From assembly GCF_009914755.1 (NCBI RefSeq), contig NC_060933.1: 64,000 nt of DNA. The stretch is one strand, 5' to 3'. Below the pieces are notes generated by a model. It saw only the letters and a program-made list of their open reading frames with translations, was not told where the DNA came from and did not search any database. A program made the position numbers and the translations under genes. This stretch comes from the human T2T-CHM13v2.0 reference genome, Homo sapiens. Position 1 is the first letter of the stretch; each line of letters opens with the position of its first letter. Positions 12,571 to 25,999 of the stretch are shown one piece after another.

Positions 12571-15500
12571 ATGAATTGGAATGGAATGGATTGGAATGGA
12601 ATGGAATGGAATGGAATGGAATGGAATGGAATGGAATGGAATCATTCCGATTGGAATAGAAGGGAATATATTTGAGTGGAATGGAAAGGAATGGAATCAA
12701 CCCGAGTGGAATGGAAGGGAATGGAATGGAATGGAAAGGAATAGAATGGAATCAACCCGAGTGGAATGGAATGGAAAGGAATGGGATGGAATGGAATGGA
12801 ATGGAATGGAATGGAATGGAATCAACCCGTGAGCAATGTAATGTAATGTAATGGAATGGAATGGAATGGAATGGAATCAACCCGAATACAATGGAATAGA
12901 ATGGAATCAAACCGAGTGGAATGGCATGGAATGGAAAGGAATGGAATGGAATGGAATGGTATGGAATAGAATGGAATGGAACGAAATGGAATGAAATGGA
13001 TTCAACACAAATGGAATGGAATGGAATTGAATGGAATTATGTGGAATGGAATGGAATGGAATGGATTGTTAAGGAATTGAATAGAATCAACCCGAATGGG
13101 ATGGAATGGAATGGAACGGAATGGAATGGAATGGAGTGGAATCAACTCGAGTAGAATGGAATGGAATGGAATGGATTGGAATGGAATGCAATGGAATGGA
13201 ATGGAATCATTCCGAGTGGAATGGAAGGGAATGTAATCGAGTGGAATGGAAAGGAATGGAATCAACCCGAGTGGAATGGAAGGCAATGGAATGGAATGGA
13301 AAGGAATGGAATGGAATCAACCCGAGTGGAATGGAATGGAATGAAATGGAATGGAATCGAATGGAATCAACCCGAGTGGAATGGCATGGAATGGAATGGA
13401 ATGGTACGAAATAGAAAGGAATGGAACGAAATGGACTAGAATGGATTCAACACACTTGGAAAGGAAAGAAATGGAATGGAATGAAATGGAATATACCCTA
13501 ATGGAATGGAAAGGAATTGAATGGAATGGAATGGAATGGAATCTACCCGTATGGAATGGAATGGAATGGAATGGAATGGAATTGAATGGAATTGAATGGA
13601 AACTACCCGAATGCAATAGAATGGAATGGAATCGGATGGAGTGCAAAGGAATGAAATGCCTTGGAATGGAACAGAATGGAATGGAATGGAACAGAATGGA
13701 ATGGAATGCAATGTAATCAAACCGAGTGGAATGGAATGGAATGGAATGGAATTTACTGGAATGGAATATATTGAAATGGAATGGAGTGGATTCAACCCGA
13801 GTGGAATGGAATGGAATTGCATGGAATGGAATCAACTGCAATGGAATGGAATGGAATGGAATGGAATGGAATCGAATCATCCCAAGTGCAATGGAATGGA
13901 ATGGAATGGAATGAAATCAACCCGAATGGAATGCAGTGGAATGGAATCAACCCGAGTGGAATGGCATGGAATGGAATGGAATGGAAAGGAAAGGAATGTT
14001 ACGGATTAGAATGGAATGGAACGAAATGGAATGGAATGGATTCAACCTAATTGGAATGGAATGGAATGGAATGGAAATGTGTGGAATGGAATGGAATGGA
14101 ATGGAGTCTAAAGCAATTGAATAGAATCAACCCGAATGGAATGGAATGGAACGGAACGGAATGGAATGGAATGGAATGGAATGGAATGGAATGGAATCAA
14201 CTCGGGTTGAAATCAATGGAATGGAATGGATTGGAATGGAATGCAATGGAATGGAATGGAATAGAATCATTCCGAGTGGAATGGAAGGGAATGTAATCGA
14301 GTGGAATGGAAAGGAATGGAATCAACCCGAGTGCAATGGAATGGAAAGCAATGGAATGGAATGGAATGGAATGTACCAGAATGCAATGGAATGGAATGGA
14401 ATCGTATGGCGTGGAATGGAATGAAACGGAATAGAATGGAATGGAGTCAAATCACGTGAAATGGAATTGAATGGAACTGAATCAAACAGAGTGGAATGGA
14501 ATGGAATGGAATGGAATGGAATGGAATGGAATGGAATGGAATGGAATCAACCCGAGTGCAATGGAAAGGAAGGCAATGGAATGGAATGGAATGGAATGGA
14601 ATGGAATCAACCCGAATGGCATGGAATGGAATGGAATGGTATGGAATAGAATGGAATGGAACGAAATGGAATGGAATGGATTCAACCCAATTGGAATGGA
14701 ATGGAATGGAATGGAAATGTGTGGAATGGAATGGAATGGAATGACGTGTAAACGAATTGAATAGAATCAAGCAGAATGGAATGGAATGGAACGGAACGGA
14801 TTGGAATGGAATGGAATGGAATGGAATGGAATGGAATGGAATGGAATCAACCCGAGATGAATGGAAGGGAATGGAATGGAATGGAAAGAAATAGAATGGA
14901 ATGGATTCAACCAACTTGGAATGGAATGGAATGGAATAGAATTGTGTGGAATGGAATGGAGTGTAAAGGAATTGCATAGAATAAACCCGAATGGAATGGA
15001 ATGGACCGGAACGGAATGGAATGGAATGGAATGGAATGGAATCAAAATGGAATGGAATGAAATGGAATGGAATAGAATGGAATCATTCCAAGTGGAATGG
15101 AATGGATTGGAATCAACCTGAATGCAATGGAATGGAATGGAATGAAATGGAATGGAATCGAATGGAATCAACCCGAATGGAATGGAATAGAATGGAATCG
15201 AATGGAGTTTACTGGAATGAAACGGAATACAATGGAATGGAATCAACTCGCGTGGAATGGAATGGAATGGAACTGAATCAAAAAGAGTGGAATGGAATGG
15301 AATGGAATGGAATGGAATGGAATGGAATGAAATGAAATCAACCCGAATAGAGTGGAGTAGAATGGAACTGAATGGAATGGAATGTAAAGCAATGAAATGG
15401 AACTGAATGGAATGGATAGGAATGTAATGGAATGAAATCAAACCTAGTGGAATGGAATGGAATGGAATGGTATAAAATGGAATGGAATGGAATGAAATGG

Positions 15501-16244
15501 AATGGAATGCAATGGAATCAACCCGAGTGCAATGGAATGGAATGCAATGGAATGGAATGCCATGGAATCAACCCGAGTGCAATGGAATGGAATGCAATGA
15601 CATGGAATGCCATGGAATCAACCCGAGTGCAATGGAATGGAATGGAATGGAATGGAATGGAATGGAATCGAATGGAATCGAATGGAATGGAATGGAATCA
15701 ACCCGAGTGGAATGGAATGGAAAGGAATGGAATGGAATGGAATGGAAAAAACCCGAGTGGAATGGAAGGGAATGGAATGGAATGAAAGGAAATGGAATTA
15801 ACCCAAGTGGAATGGAGTGGAATGGAATGGAATGGAATGGTGTGGAATGGAATGGAGTGTAAAGGAATTGAATAGAATCAACCCGAATGGAATGGAATGG
15901 AATGACACGGAGCGGATTGGAATGGAATGGAAAGGAATGGAATGGAAACAACTCGCGTGGAATGGAATGGATTGGAATGTAATGCAATGAAATGGAATGG
16001 AATGGAATGGAATGGAATCATTCTGAGTGAAATGGAATGGAATGTAATCGAGTGGACTGGAAAGGAATGGAATCAACCCGAGTGGAATGGAAGGGAATGG
16101 CATGGAATGGAAAGGAATGGAATGGAATCAACCCGAGTCAAATGGAACGGAAAGGAATGGAACGGAATGCAATGGAATGGAATGGAATGGAATGGAATCA
16201 ACACGAGTGCAATGGAATGGAATGGAATGGAATGGAATGGAATG

Positions 16245-16665
16245 GAATGGAATGGAATTGAATGAATCAACCCAAATGGAATGGAATGGACTGCAATCAA
16301 CCCCAGTGGAATGGGATGGAATTGAATGGTATGGAATGGAATGGAATGGAATGGTACGGAATAGAATGGAATGGAACGAAATGGAATGTAATGGATTCAA
16401 CCCAATTGGAATGGAATGGAATGGAATGGAATTGTGTGGAATGGAATGGAATGGAATGGAATGGAATTGAATGAATCAACCCAAATGGAATGGAATGGAC
16501 TGCAATCAACCCCAGTGGAATGGCATGGAATTGAATGGTATGGAATGGAATGGAATGGAATGGTACGGAATAGAATGGAATGGAACGAAATGGAATGTAA
16601 TGGATTCAACCCAATTGGAATGGAATGGAATGGAATGGAATTGTGTGGAATGGAATGGAATGGAA
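16245..16665 (+). repeat. 209 bp tandem duplication
   Basis: AATGAATCAACCCAAATGGAATGGAATGGACTGCAATCAACCCCAGTGG at 16261 and 16470; mirrored by ORFs 16262 and 16471 with identical N-termini. Confidence 0.9.
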
Positions 16666-18429
16666 TGGAATGGAATGGAACGGAATGGAATGGAATGGAA
16701 TGGAATAGAAAGGAACGGAATGGAATAGAATGGAATGGAATGGAATGGAATGGAATGGAATGGAATGGAATAAACCCGAATGCAATGGAATGGAATGGAA
16801 GGGAATGGAATGGAATGGAAAGGAATGGAAAGGAATGAAATGGAATCAACCCGAGTGCAATGGAATAGAATGGAATGGAATGGAATGGAATGGAATGGAA
16901 TGGAATGGAATCAACCCGAATGGAATGGAGGGCAATGGAATCAACCTGAGTGGAATGGCATGGAATGCAATGGAATATAATGGAATGGAATGGAATCATT
17001 CCGAGTGGAATGGAAGAGAATGTAATCGAGTGGAATGGAAACGAATGGAATCAACCAGAGTGCAATGGAATGGAATGGACTGGAATGGAATGGAATGGAA
17101 TGGAATGGAATGGAATAGAATGGAATCTACCAGAATGGAATGGAATGGAATGGAATGGAATGGAATGTACCAAAATGGAATGGAATGGAAAGGAAACGTA
17201 TGGCGTGGAATGGAATGAAATGGAATAGAATGGAATGGAATCAAATCGCGTGGAATGGAATGGAATGGAACTAAATCAAACAGATTGGAATGGAAGGGAA
17301 TGGAATGGAATGAAATGGAATGAAATGGAATGGAATGGAATGGAATGGAATGGAATGGAATGGAATGGAATGGAATCAACCCGAGTGCAATGCAATGGAA
17401 TGGAATGGAATGGAATGGAATGGAATGGAATCAACCCGAATAGAATTTAATGGAATGGAATCAACCAGAGTGGAATGGCATGGAATGGAATGGAATGGAA
17501 TGGAATGGAATGGAATGGAATGGAATGGTACGGAATAGAATGGAATGGAATGAAATGGAATGGAATGGAATGGAATGGGATCATTCCGAGTGGAATAGAA
17601 GTGAATGTAATCGAGTGGAATGGAAAGGAATGGAATCAACTCGAGTGGAATGGAAGGGAATGGAATGGAATGGAAAGGAATGGAATGGAATTAACCCGAG
17701 TGGAATGGAATGGAAAGGTATTGAATGGAAAGCATTGGAAAGGAATCAACCCGAGTGGAATGTCATGGAATGGAATGGAAGGGAATCAACTCGAGTGCAG
17801 TGGAATGGAATGGAATGGAATGGAATGGAATAGAATGGAATGGAATGGAATGGAATTTAATGGAATAAACCCGAGTGGAATGGCATGGAATGGAATGCGA
17901 TGGAAAGGAATGGAATGTTATGGAATAGAAAGGAATGGCACGAAATGGAATAGAATGGATTCAACCCACTTGGAATGGAATGGAATGGAATGGAATTTTG
18001 TGGAATCGAATGGAATTGAATGGAGTGTAAAGGAATTCAATAGAAAGAACCTGAATGAATTGGAATGGAATGGAACGGAGCGGATTGGAATTGAATGGAA
18101 TGGAATGGAATGGAATCAACTCGAGTGGAATGGAATGGAATGGAATGGATTGGAATGTAATGCAATGCAATGGAATGGAATGGAATGGAATGCAATCATT
18201 CTGAGTGGAATGGAATGGAATGTAATCGAGTCGAATGGAAAGGAATGGAATCAACCCGAATGGAATGGAAGGGAATGGAATGGAATGGAAAGGAATGGAA
18301 TGGAATCAATCAGAGTGGAATGGAATGGAATGGAATGGAATGGAATCATCCCGAATTGAATGGAATGGAATGGAATGGAATGGAGTCAACATGAGTGCAA
18401 TGGATTGGAATGGAATGGAATGGAATGGA

Positions 18430-19650
18430 ATGGAATGGAATGGAATGGAATCAACCCGAATGGAATGGAATGGAATGGAATCTAACCGAGTGGAATGGAA
18501 TGGAATGGAAAAGAATGGAATGGAATGTTACGGAATAGAATGGAATGGAACGAAATGGAATGGAATGGATTCAACGCAATTGGAATGGAATAGAATGGAA
18601 TGGAATTGTGTGGAACGGAATGGAATGGAATGGAGTAGAAAGGAATTGAATAAAATCAACCCGAATGGAATGGAATGGAATGGAATGGAACAGAATGGAA
18701 TGGAATGGAATGGAATGGAATGGAAAGGAATGGAATGGAATCAACTCGAGTGGAAAGGAATGGAAAAGCATGGATTGGAATGGAATGCAATGGAATGGAA
18801 TGGAATCATTCCGAGTGGAATGGAAGGGAATGTAATCGAGAGGAAAGGAAAGGAATGGAATCAACCCGAGTGGAATGGAAGGGAATGGAATGGAATGGAA
18901 TGGAATGGAATCAACCCCAGTGCAATGGAATGGACTGGAATGGAATGGAATGGAATCAACCCGAGTGGAATGGAATGGAAAGGAATGGAATGGAATGGAA
19001 TGGAATGGAATGGAATGGAATGGAATGGAATTGCATCAAACCGACTGGAATGGAAGGGAATGGAATGGAATGGTAGGAAATGGAAACAATCTGAGTGGAG
19101 TGGAGTGGAATGGAATCGAATGGAATGGAATGGAAAGCAATGAAATGGAATTGAATAGAATTGATTGGAATGTAATGGAATGGAAACAAACCTAGTGCAA
19201 TGGACAAGAATGGAAGGGAATGGAATGGAATGGAATCAACCCAAGTGGAATGGAATGGAAAGGAATGGAATGGAATGGAATTGAATAGCAAGAACACGAA
19301 TGGAATGGAATGGAATGGAATGCAATGGAATTCAATGGAATTGAATCAACTGGATTGGAATGGAAAGGAATGGAATGAAATGGAATTGAGTGAACCTGAG
19401 TGGAATGGAACGGAATGGAATGGAATGGAATGTAATGGAAACTACCCAAATTGAATGGAATGGAATGCAATCGAATGGAGTGGAGTGGAATGAAATTCAT
19501 TGGAACGGAATGAAATCAACTCCTGTGGAATGGAATGGAATGAAATGGAACGGAATGGAATGGAATGGAATCAATCTGAGTGGAATGGCATGGAAAGGAA
19601 TGGAATGGAAAGGAATGGAATGGAATGGAATGGAATGGAATGGAATGGAA
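18430..19650 (+). repeat. ~1.2 kb near-identical block, copy 1 (copy 2 at ~23500-24745)
   Basis: TCTAACCGAG 18481/23553; TGGTAGGAAATGGAAACAATCTGAG 19071/24163; GGACAAGAA 19202/24294; TCCTGTGG 19521/24613 (offset 5072-5092). Confidence 0.9.
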
Positions 19651-20889
19651 CGGAACGGAATCAACACCTGTGGAATGTAGTGGAATGAAAGGGAACGAAA
19701 TGAAATGCAATGGATTCAACCCAATTAGAATAGAATGGAATGGAATGGAATTGTGTGCAATGGAATAGAATGGAATGGAGTGTAATGCAATTGAATAGAA
19801 TCAACCCGAATGGAATGGAATGGAAAGGAACGGAATAGAATTGAATGGAATGGAATGGAATGGAATGGAATCATTCTGAGTGGAATGGAAGGGAATGTAA
19901 TCGAGTGGAATGGAAAGGAATGGAATCAACGCGCGTGGAATGGAAGGGAATGGAATGGAATGGAAAGGAATGGAATGGAATCAATTCGAGTGGAATGGAA
20001 TGGAAAGGAATGAAATGGAATAGAATGGAATGCAATGGAACGGAACGGAACGGAATGGAATGGAATGGAATGGAATGGAAAGGAATGGAATCAACTCGAG
20101 TGGAATGGACTGGAATGGAATGGATTTGAATGGAATGCAATGGAATGGAATGGAATCATTCCGAGTGGAATGGAAGGGAATGCAATCGAGTGGAATGGAA
20201 AGGAATGGAATCAACCCGAGTGGAAAGGAAGGGAATAGAATGGAATGGAAAGGAATGGAATGGAATCAACCCGAGTGGAATGGAATGGAATGAAATGGAA
20301 TGGAGTGGAATGGAATCAACCCGAGTGGAATGGCATAGAATTGAATGGAATGGGATGGAATAGAAAGAAATGGAACGAAATGGACTAGAATGGATTCAAT
20401 ACACTTGGAATGGAATGGAATGGAATAGAACTGTGTGGAATGGAATGGAACTGTGTGGAATGGACTGGAATGGAATGGAGTGTAAACGAATTGAATAGAA
20501 TCAACCCGAATGGAATGGGATGGAATGGAACTGAGCGGATGGGAATGGAACCGAATGGAATGGAAAGGAATGGAATCAACCCGAGTGGAATGGAATGGAA
20601 TGGAATGGAATGGGATTGAATGGAACGGAATTGAATCATCCCGAATGGAATGGATTGGAATGGAAAGGAATGGAATGGAATGGAATGGAATGGAATGGAA
20701 TTAACCCGAGTGCAATGGAATGGAATGGAATGGAATGGAATGGAATGGAATGGAATGGAATGGAATGGAATGGAATGAAATTGTATGGAATGGAATGGAA
20801 TGGAATGGAACGGAATTGAATCATCCCGAATGGAATGGACTGGAATGGAATGGATTGGAATGGAATGGAATGGATTGGAATGGAATCAA

Positions 20890-21270
20890 CCCGAATGGAA
20901 TGGAATGGAATGGATGGAATGGAATGGAGTGGAATATAATGGAATGGAACGTAATCATCCCGAATGGAATGGAGTGGAATGGAATGGAATGGAATGGAAT
21001 GGAACGGAATGCAAGGGAATGGAATGGAATGGAATCAACCAGAGTGGAATGGAATGCAATGGAATGGAATGGAAGGGAATGGAATGGAATGGAATAAATC
21101 CGAGTGTAAGGGAATGGAATGGAATGGAATGGAATGGAATGGAATGGAATGGAATGGAATCATCCCGAATGGAATGGAGTGGAATGGAATGGAATCGAAT
21201 GGAATGGAATGGAATGGAATGGAATGGAATGGAATGGAATCAACCCAAGTGCTATGGAATGGAATGGAAT
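20890..21270 (+). repeat. Dispersed block (copy ~22510-22950)
   Basis: GGAATAAATCCGAGTGTAA at 21091, 22391 and 22725; CAACCCAAGTGCTATGG at 21241/22929; shared GGATG 1-nt deletion at ~20914/~22548. Confidence 0.7.
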
Positions 21271-23040
21271 GGAATGGAATGGAATGGAATGGAATGGAAT
21301 GGAATGGAATTGAATGGAATGGAATGGAATGAAATGGAATCAACCCGAATGGAATGGAATGGAAAGGAATCAACCCGAGTAAAATGGCATGGAATGGAAT
21401 GGAATGGAATGGAAAGGAATGGTACAAAATAGAATGGAATGGAACGACAAGGAACGGAATGTATTCAACCTAATTGGAATGGAATGGAATGGAATGGAAT
21501 TGTGTGGAATGGAATGGAATGGAATGGAATGGAATGGAGTGTAAAGGAATTGAATAGAATCAACCCAAATGGAATGGAATCGAATGGAATGGAATCGAAT
21601 GGAATGGAATGGAATGGAATGGAATGGAATGAAATGCAATGGAATGGAAAGGAATGAAATGCAATGGAATGGAAAGGAATGGAATCAACTCGAGTGGAAT
21701 GGAGTGGAATGGAATGGAATGGATTGGAATGGAATGCAATGGAATGGAATGGAATCATTCCGAGTGGAATGGAAGGGAATGTAATCGAGTGGAATGGAAA
21801 GGAATGGATTCAACGCGAGTGGAATGGAAGGGAATGGAATGGAATAGAAAGGAATTGAATGGAATCAACCAGAGTGGAATGGAATGGAATGGAATGGAAT
21901 GGAATAGAATGGAAAGGAATGGAATGGAATGGAATAAACTCGAGTGGAATGGAATGGAATGTAATGGAATGGAATGGAATAAACTCGAGTGGAATGGAAT
22001 GGAATGTAACGGATTGGAATGGAATACAATGGAATGGAATGGAATGGAATGGAAAGGAATGGAATCATTCAGAGTGGAATGGAAGGGAATGAAATCGAGA
22101 GGAGTGGAAAGGAATGGAATCAACACGAGTGGAATGGAAGGGAATGGAATGGAATGGAATGGAAAGGAATGGAATGGAATCAACCCGAGTAGAATGGAAT
22201 GGAAAGGAATGGAATGGAATGGAATGGAAAGGAATGGGATGGAATGGAATGGAATCAACACGAGAGCAATGGAATGGAGTGGAATGGAATGGAATTCAAT
22301 CAACCCGAATGGAATGGAATTGAATGGAATCAACCCGAGTGGAATGGCATGGAATGGAATGGAATGGAATGGAATGGAATGGAATGGAAGGGAATAAATC
22401 CGAGTGTAAAGGAATGGAATGGAATGGAATGGAATGGAATGGAATGGAATGGAATAGAATGGAATGGAATGGAATCAACCAGAATGGAATGGAATGGAAT
22501 AGAATGGAATGGAATGGAATCAACCAGAATGGAATGGAATGGAATGGATGTAATGGAATGGAGTGGAATAGAATGGAATGGAATGTAATCATCCCGAATG
22601 GAATGGAGTGGAATGGAATGGAATCGAATGGAATGGAAGGGAATGCAATGGAATGGAATCAACCAGAGTGGAATGGAATGGAATGGAATGGAATGGAATG
22701 CAATGGAAGGGAATGGAATGGAATGGAATAAATCCGAGTGTAAGAGAATGGAATGGAATGGAGAGGAATGGAATGGAATCATCCCGAGTGGAATGGAATG
22801 GAATGCAGGGAATGGAATGGAATGGAATAGAATGGAATGGAATGGAATCATCCCGAATGGAATGGAGTGGAATGGAATGGAATCGAATGGAATGGAATGG
22901 AATTGAATGGAATGGAATGGAATGGAATCAACCCAAGTGCTATGGAATGGAATGGAATGGAATGGAATGGAATCAAATCGTGTGGAATGGAATGGAATGG
23001 AACTGAATCAAACAGAGTGGAATGGAATGGAATGGAATGG

Positions 23041-23170
23041 AAGGGAATGGAATGGAATCATCCCGAATAGAATGGAGAGGAATGGAATGGAATGGAATGG
23101 AATGGAATGGAAGGGAATGAAATGGAATCATCCCGAATAGAATGGAGAGGAATGGAATGGAATGGAATGG
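23041..23170 (+). repeat. 70 bp tandem duplication
   Basis: AAGGGAATG(G/A)AATGGAATCATCCCGAATAGAATGGAGAGG at 23041 and 23111. Confidence 0.85.
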
Positions 23171-23499
23171 AATCAACCCGAGTGCAATGGAATGGAATGG
23201 AATGGAATGGAATGGAATGGAATGGATTCAACCCGAATAGAATGGAAAGGAATGGAATCAAACCGAGTCAAATGGAATGGAATGGAATGGTATGGAATAG
23301 AATGGAATGGAACAAAATTGAATGAAATGGAATCGAATGGAATCTTTCCGAGTGGAATGGAAGGGAATGTAATCGAGTGGAATGGAAAGGAATGGAATCA
23401 ACCCGAGTGGAATGGAAGGGAATGGAATGGAATGGAAAGTAATAGAATGGAATCAACCCGAGTGGAATGTAATGTAATGGAATGGAATGGAATGGAATG

Positions 23500-24745
23500 G
23501 AATGGAATGGAATGGAATGGAATCAACCCGAATGGAATGGAATGGAATGGAATCTAACCGAGTGGAATGGAATGGAATGGAAAAGAATGGAATGGAATGT
23601 TACGGAATAGAATGGAATGGAACGAAATGGAATGGAATGGATTCAACGCAATTGGAATGGAATAGAATGGAATGGAATTGTGTGGAACGGAATGGAATGG
23701 AATGGAGTGGAAAAGAATTGAGTAAAATCAACCAGAATGGAATGGAATGGAATGGAATGGAACAGAATGGAATGGAATGGAATGGAATGGAATGGAATGG
23801 AAAGGAATGGAATGGAATCAACTCGAGTGGAAAGGAATGGAAAAGCATGGATTGGAATGGAATGCAATGGAATGGAATGGAATCATTCCGAGTGGAATGG
23901 AAGGGAATGTAATCGAGAGGAAAGGAAAGGAATGGAATCAACCCGAGTGGAATGGAAGGGAATGGAATGGAATGGAATGGAATGGAATCAACCCCAGTGC
24001 AATGGAATGGAATGGAATGGAATGGAATGGAATGGAATGGAATCAACCCGAGTGGAATGGAATGGAAAGGAATGGAATGGAATGGAATGGAATGGAATGG
24101 AATGGAATGGAATGGAATGGAATTGAATCAAACCGACTGGAATGGAAGGGAGTGGAATGGAATGGTAGGAAATGGAAACAATCTGAGTGGAGTGGAGTGG
24201 AATGGAATCGAATGGAATGGAATGGAAAGCAATGAAATGGAATTGAATAGAATTGATTGGAATGTAATGGAATGGAAACAAACCTAGTGCAATGGACAAG
24301 AATGGAAGGGAATGGAATGGAATGGAATCAACCCAAGTGGAATGGAATGGAAAGGAATGGAATGGAATGGAATTGAATAGCAAGAACACGAATGGAATGG
24401 AATGGAATGGAATGCAATGGAATTCAATGGAATTGAATCAACTGGATTGGAATGGAAAGGAATGGAATGAAATGGAATTGAGTGAACCTGAGTGGAATGG
24501 AACGGAATGGAATGGAATGTAATGTAATGGAAACTACCCAAATTGAATGGAATGGAATGGAATCGAATGGAGTGGAGTGGAATGAAATTCATTGGAACGG
24601 AATGAAATCAACTCCTGTGGAATGGAATGGAATGAAATGGAACGGAATGGAATGGAATGGAATCAACCTGAGTGGAATGGCATGGAAAGGAATGGAATGG
24701 AAAGGAATGGAATGGAATGGAATGGAATGGAATGGAATGGAATGG
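23500..24745 (+). repeat. ~1.2 kb near-identical block, copy 2 of 18430-19650
   Basis: Same landmark set as copy 1; the flanks diverge on both sides. Confidence 0.9.
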
Positions 24746-25999
24746 AATGTTATGGAATAGAATGGAATGGAACGAAATGGAATGGAATGGATTCAACCCA
24801 ATTGGAATTGAAAGGAATGGAATGGAATGGAATGGAATGGAATGGAATGGAATGGAAATGAATGAATGGAAAAAACCCGAGTCGAATGGAATGGAAAGGA
24901 ATGGAATGGAAAGGAATGGAATGGAATGGAATGGAATGGAATAAACCCGAGTTCAATGGAAGGGAATGGAATGGAATGGAAGGAAATGGAATCAACCCGA
25001 GTGGAGTGGAGTGGAATGGAATCAAATGGAATGGAATGGAATGCAATGAAATGGAATTGAATAGAATGGATTGGAAAGTAATGGAATGGAATCAAACATA
25101 GTGCAATGGACTAGAATGGAATGGAATGGAATGGAATGGAATGGAATGGAATTGAATCAACCCGAGTGGAATGGAAAGGAAAGGAATGGAATGGAATGGC
25201 TAGAACCCGAGTGGAATGGAATGGAATGGAATGGAATGGAATGGAATGGAACGGAAATCAATGGAATGGAATCATCTGGATTGGAATGGAAAGGAATGGA
25301 ATGGAACGGAATCGAGTGAAACTGAGTGGAATGGAATGGAGTGGAATGCAATGGAATGGAAACTACCCAAATGGAATGGAATGGAATGGAATCGAATGGA
25401 GTGGAATGGAATGAAATGGACTGGAATGGACTGGAAACAACTCCTGTGGAATGGAATGGAATGAAACGGAACGGAATGGATTGGAATGGAATCAACCCGA
25501 GTGGAACGGCATGGACTGGAATGGAATGGAATGGAATAGAATGGAATGGAACGAAATGGAAAGGAATGGATTCAACCCGATTGGAATGGAATGGAATGGA
25601 ATGGTATGGAATAGAATGCAATGGTACAAAATGGAATGAAATGGATAGGAATGGAATCATTCTGAGTGGAATAGAAGGGAATGTATTCGAGTGGAATGGA
25701 AAGGAATGCAATCAACCCGAGTGGAATGGAAGGGAATAGAATGGATTGGAATGGAATGCCATGGAGTGGAATGGAATGGAAAGGAATGGAATCCTTCCGA
25801 GTGGAATGGAAGGGAATGAAATCGAGAGGAATGGAAAGGAATGGAATCAACCCGAGTGGAATGGAAGGGAATGCAATGGAATGGAATGGAATGGAATCAT
25901 CCTGAATGGAATGGAGTGGAATGGAATGGAATGGAATGGTTTGGAATCAACCCGAATCGAATGGCAAGAAAATCAATAAACCCGTGAGGAATGGCATGG

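Noticed and set aside
25975-25980. AATAAA polyadenylation hexamer (also at several GAATAAAC variants)
   Set aside because: It arises by a single C>A change in GAATCAAC-type words. There is no downstream GU/U-rich element or transcript evidence.
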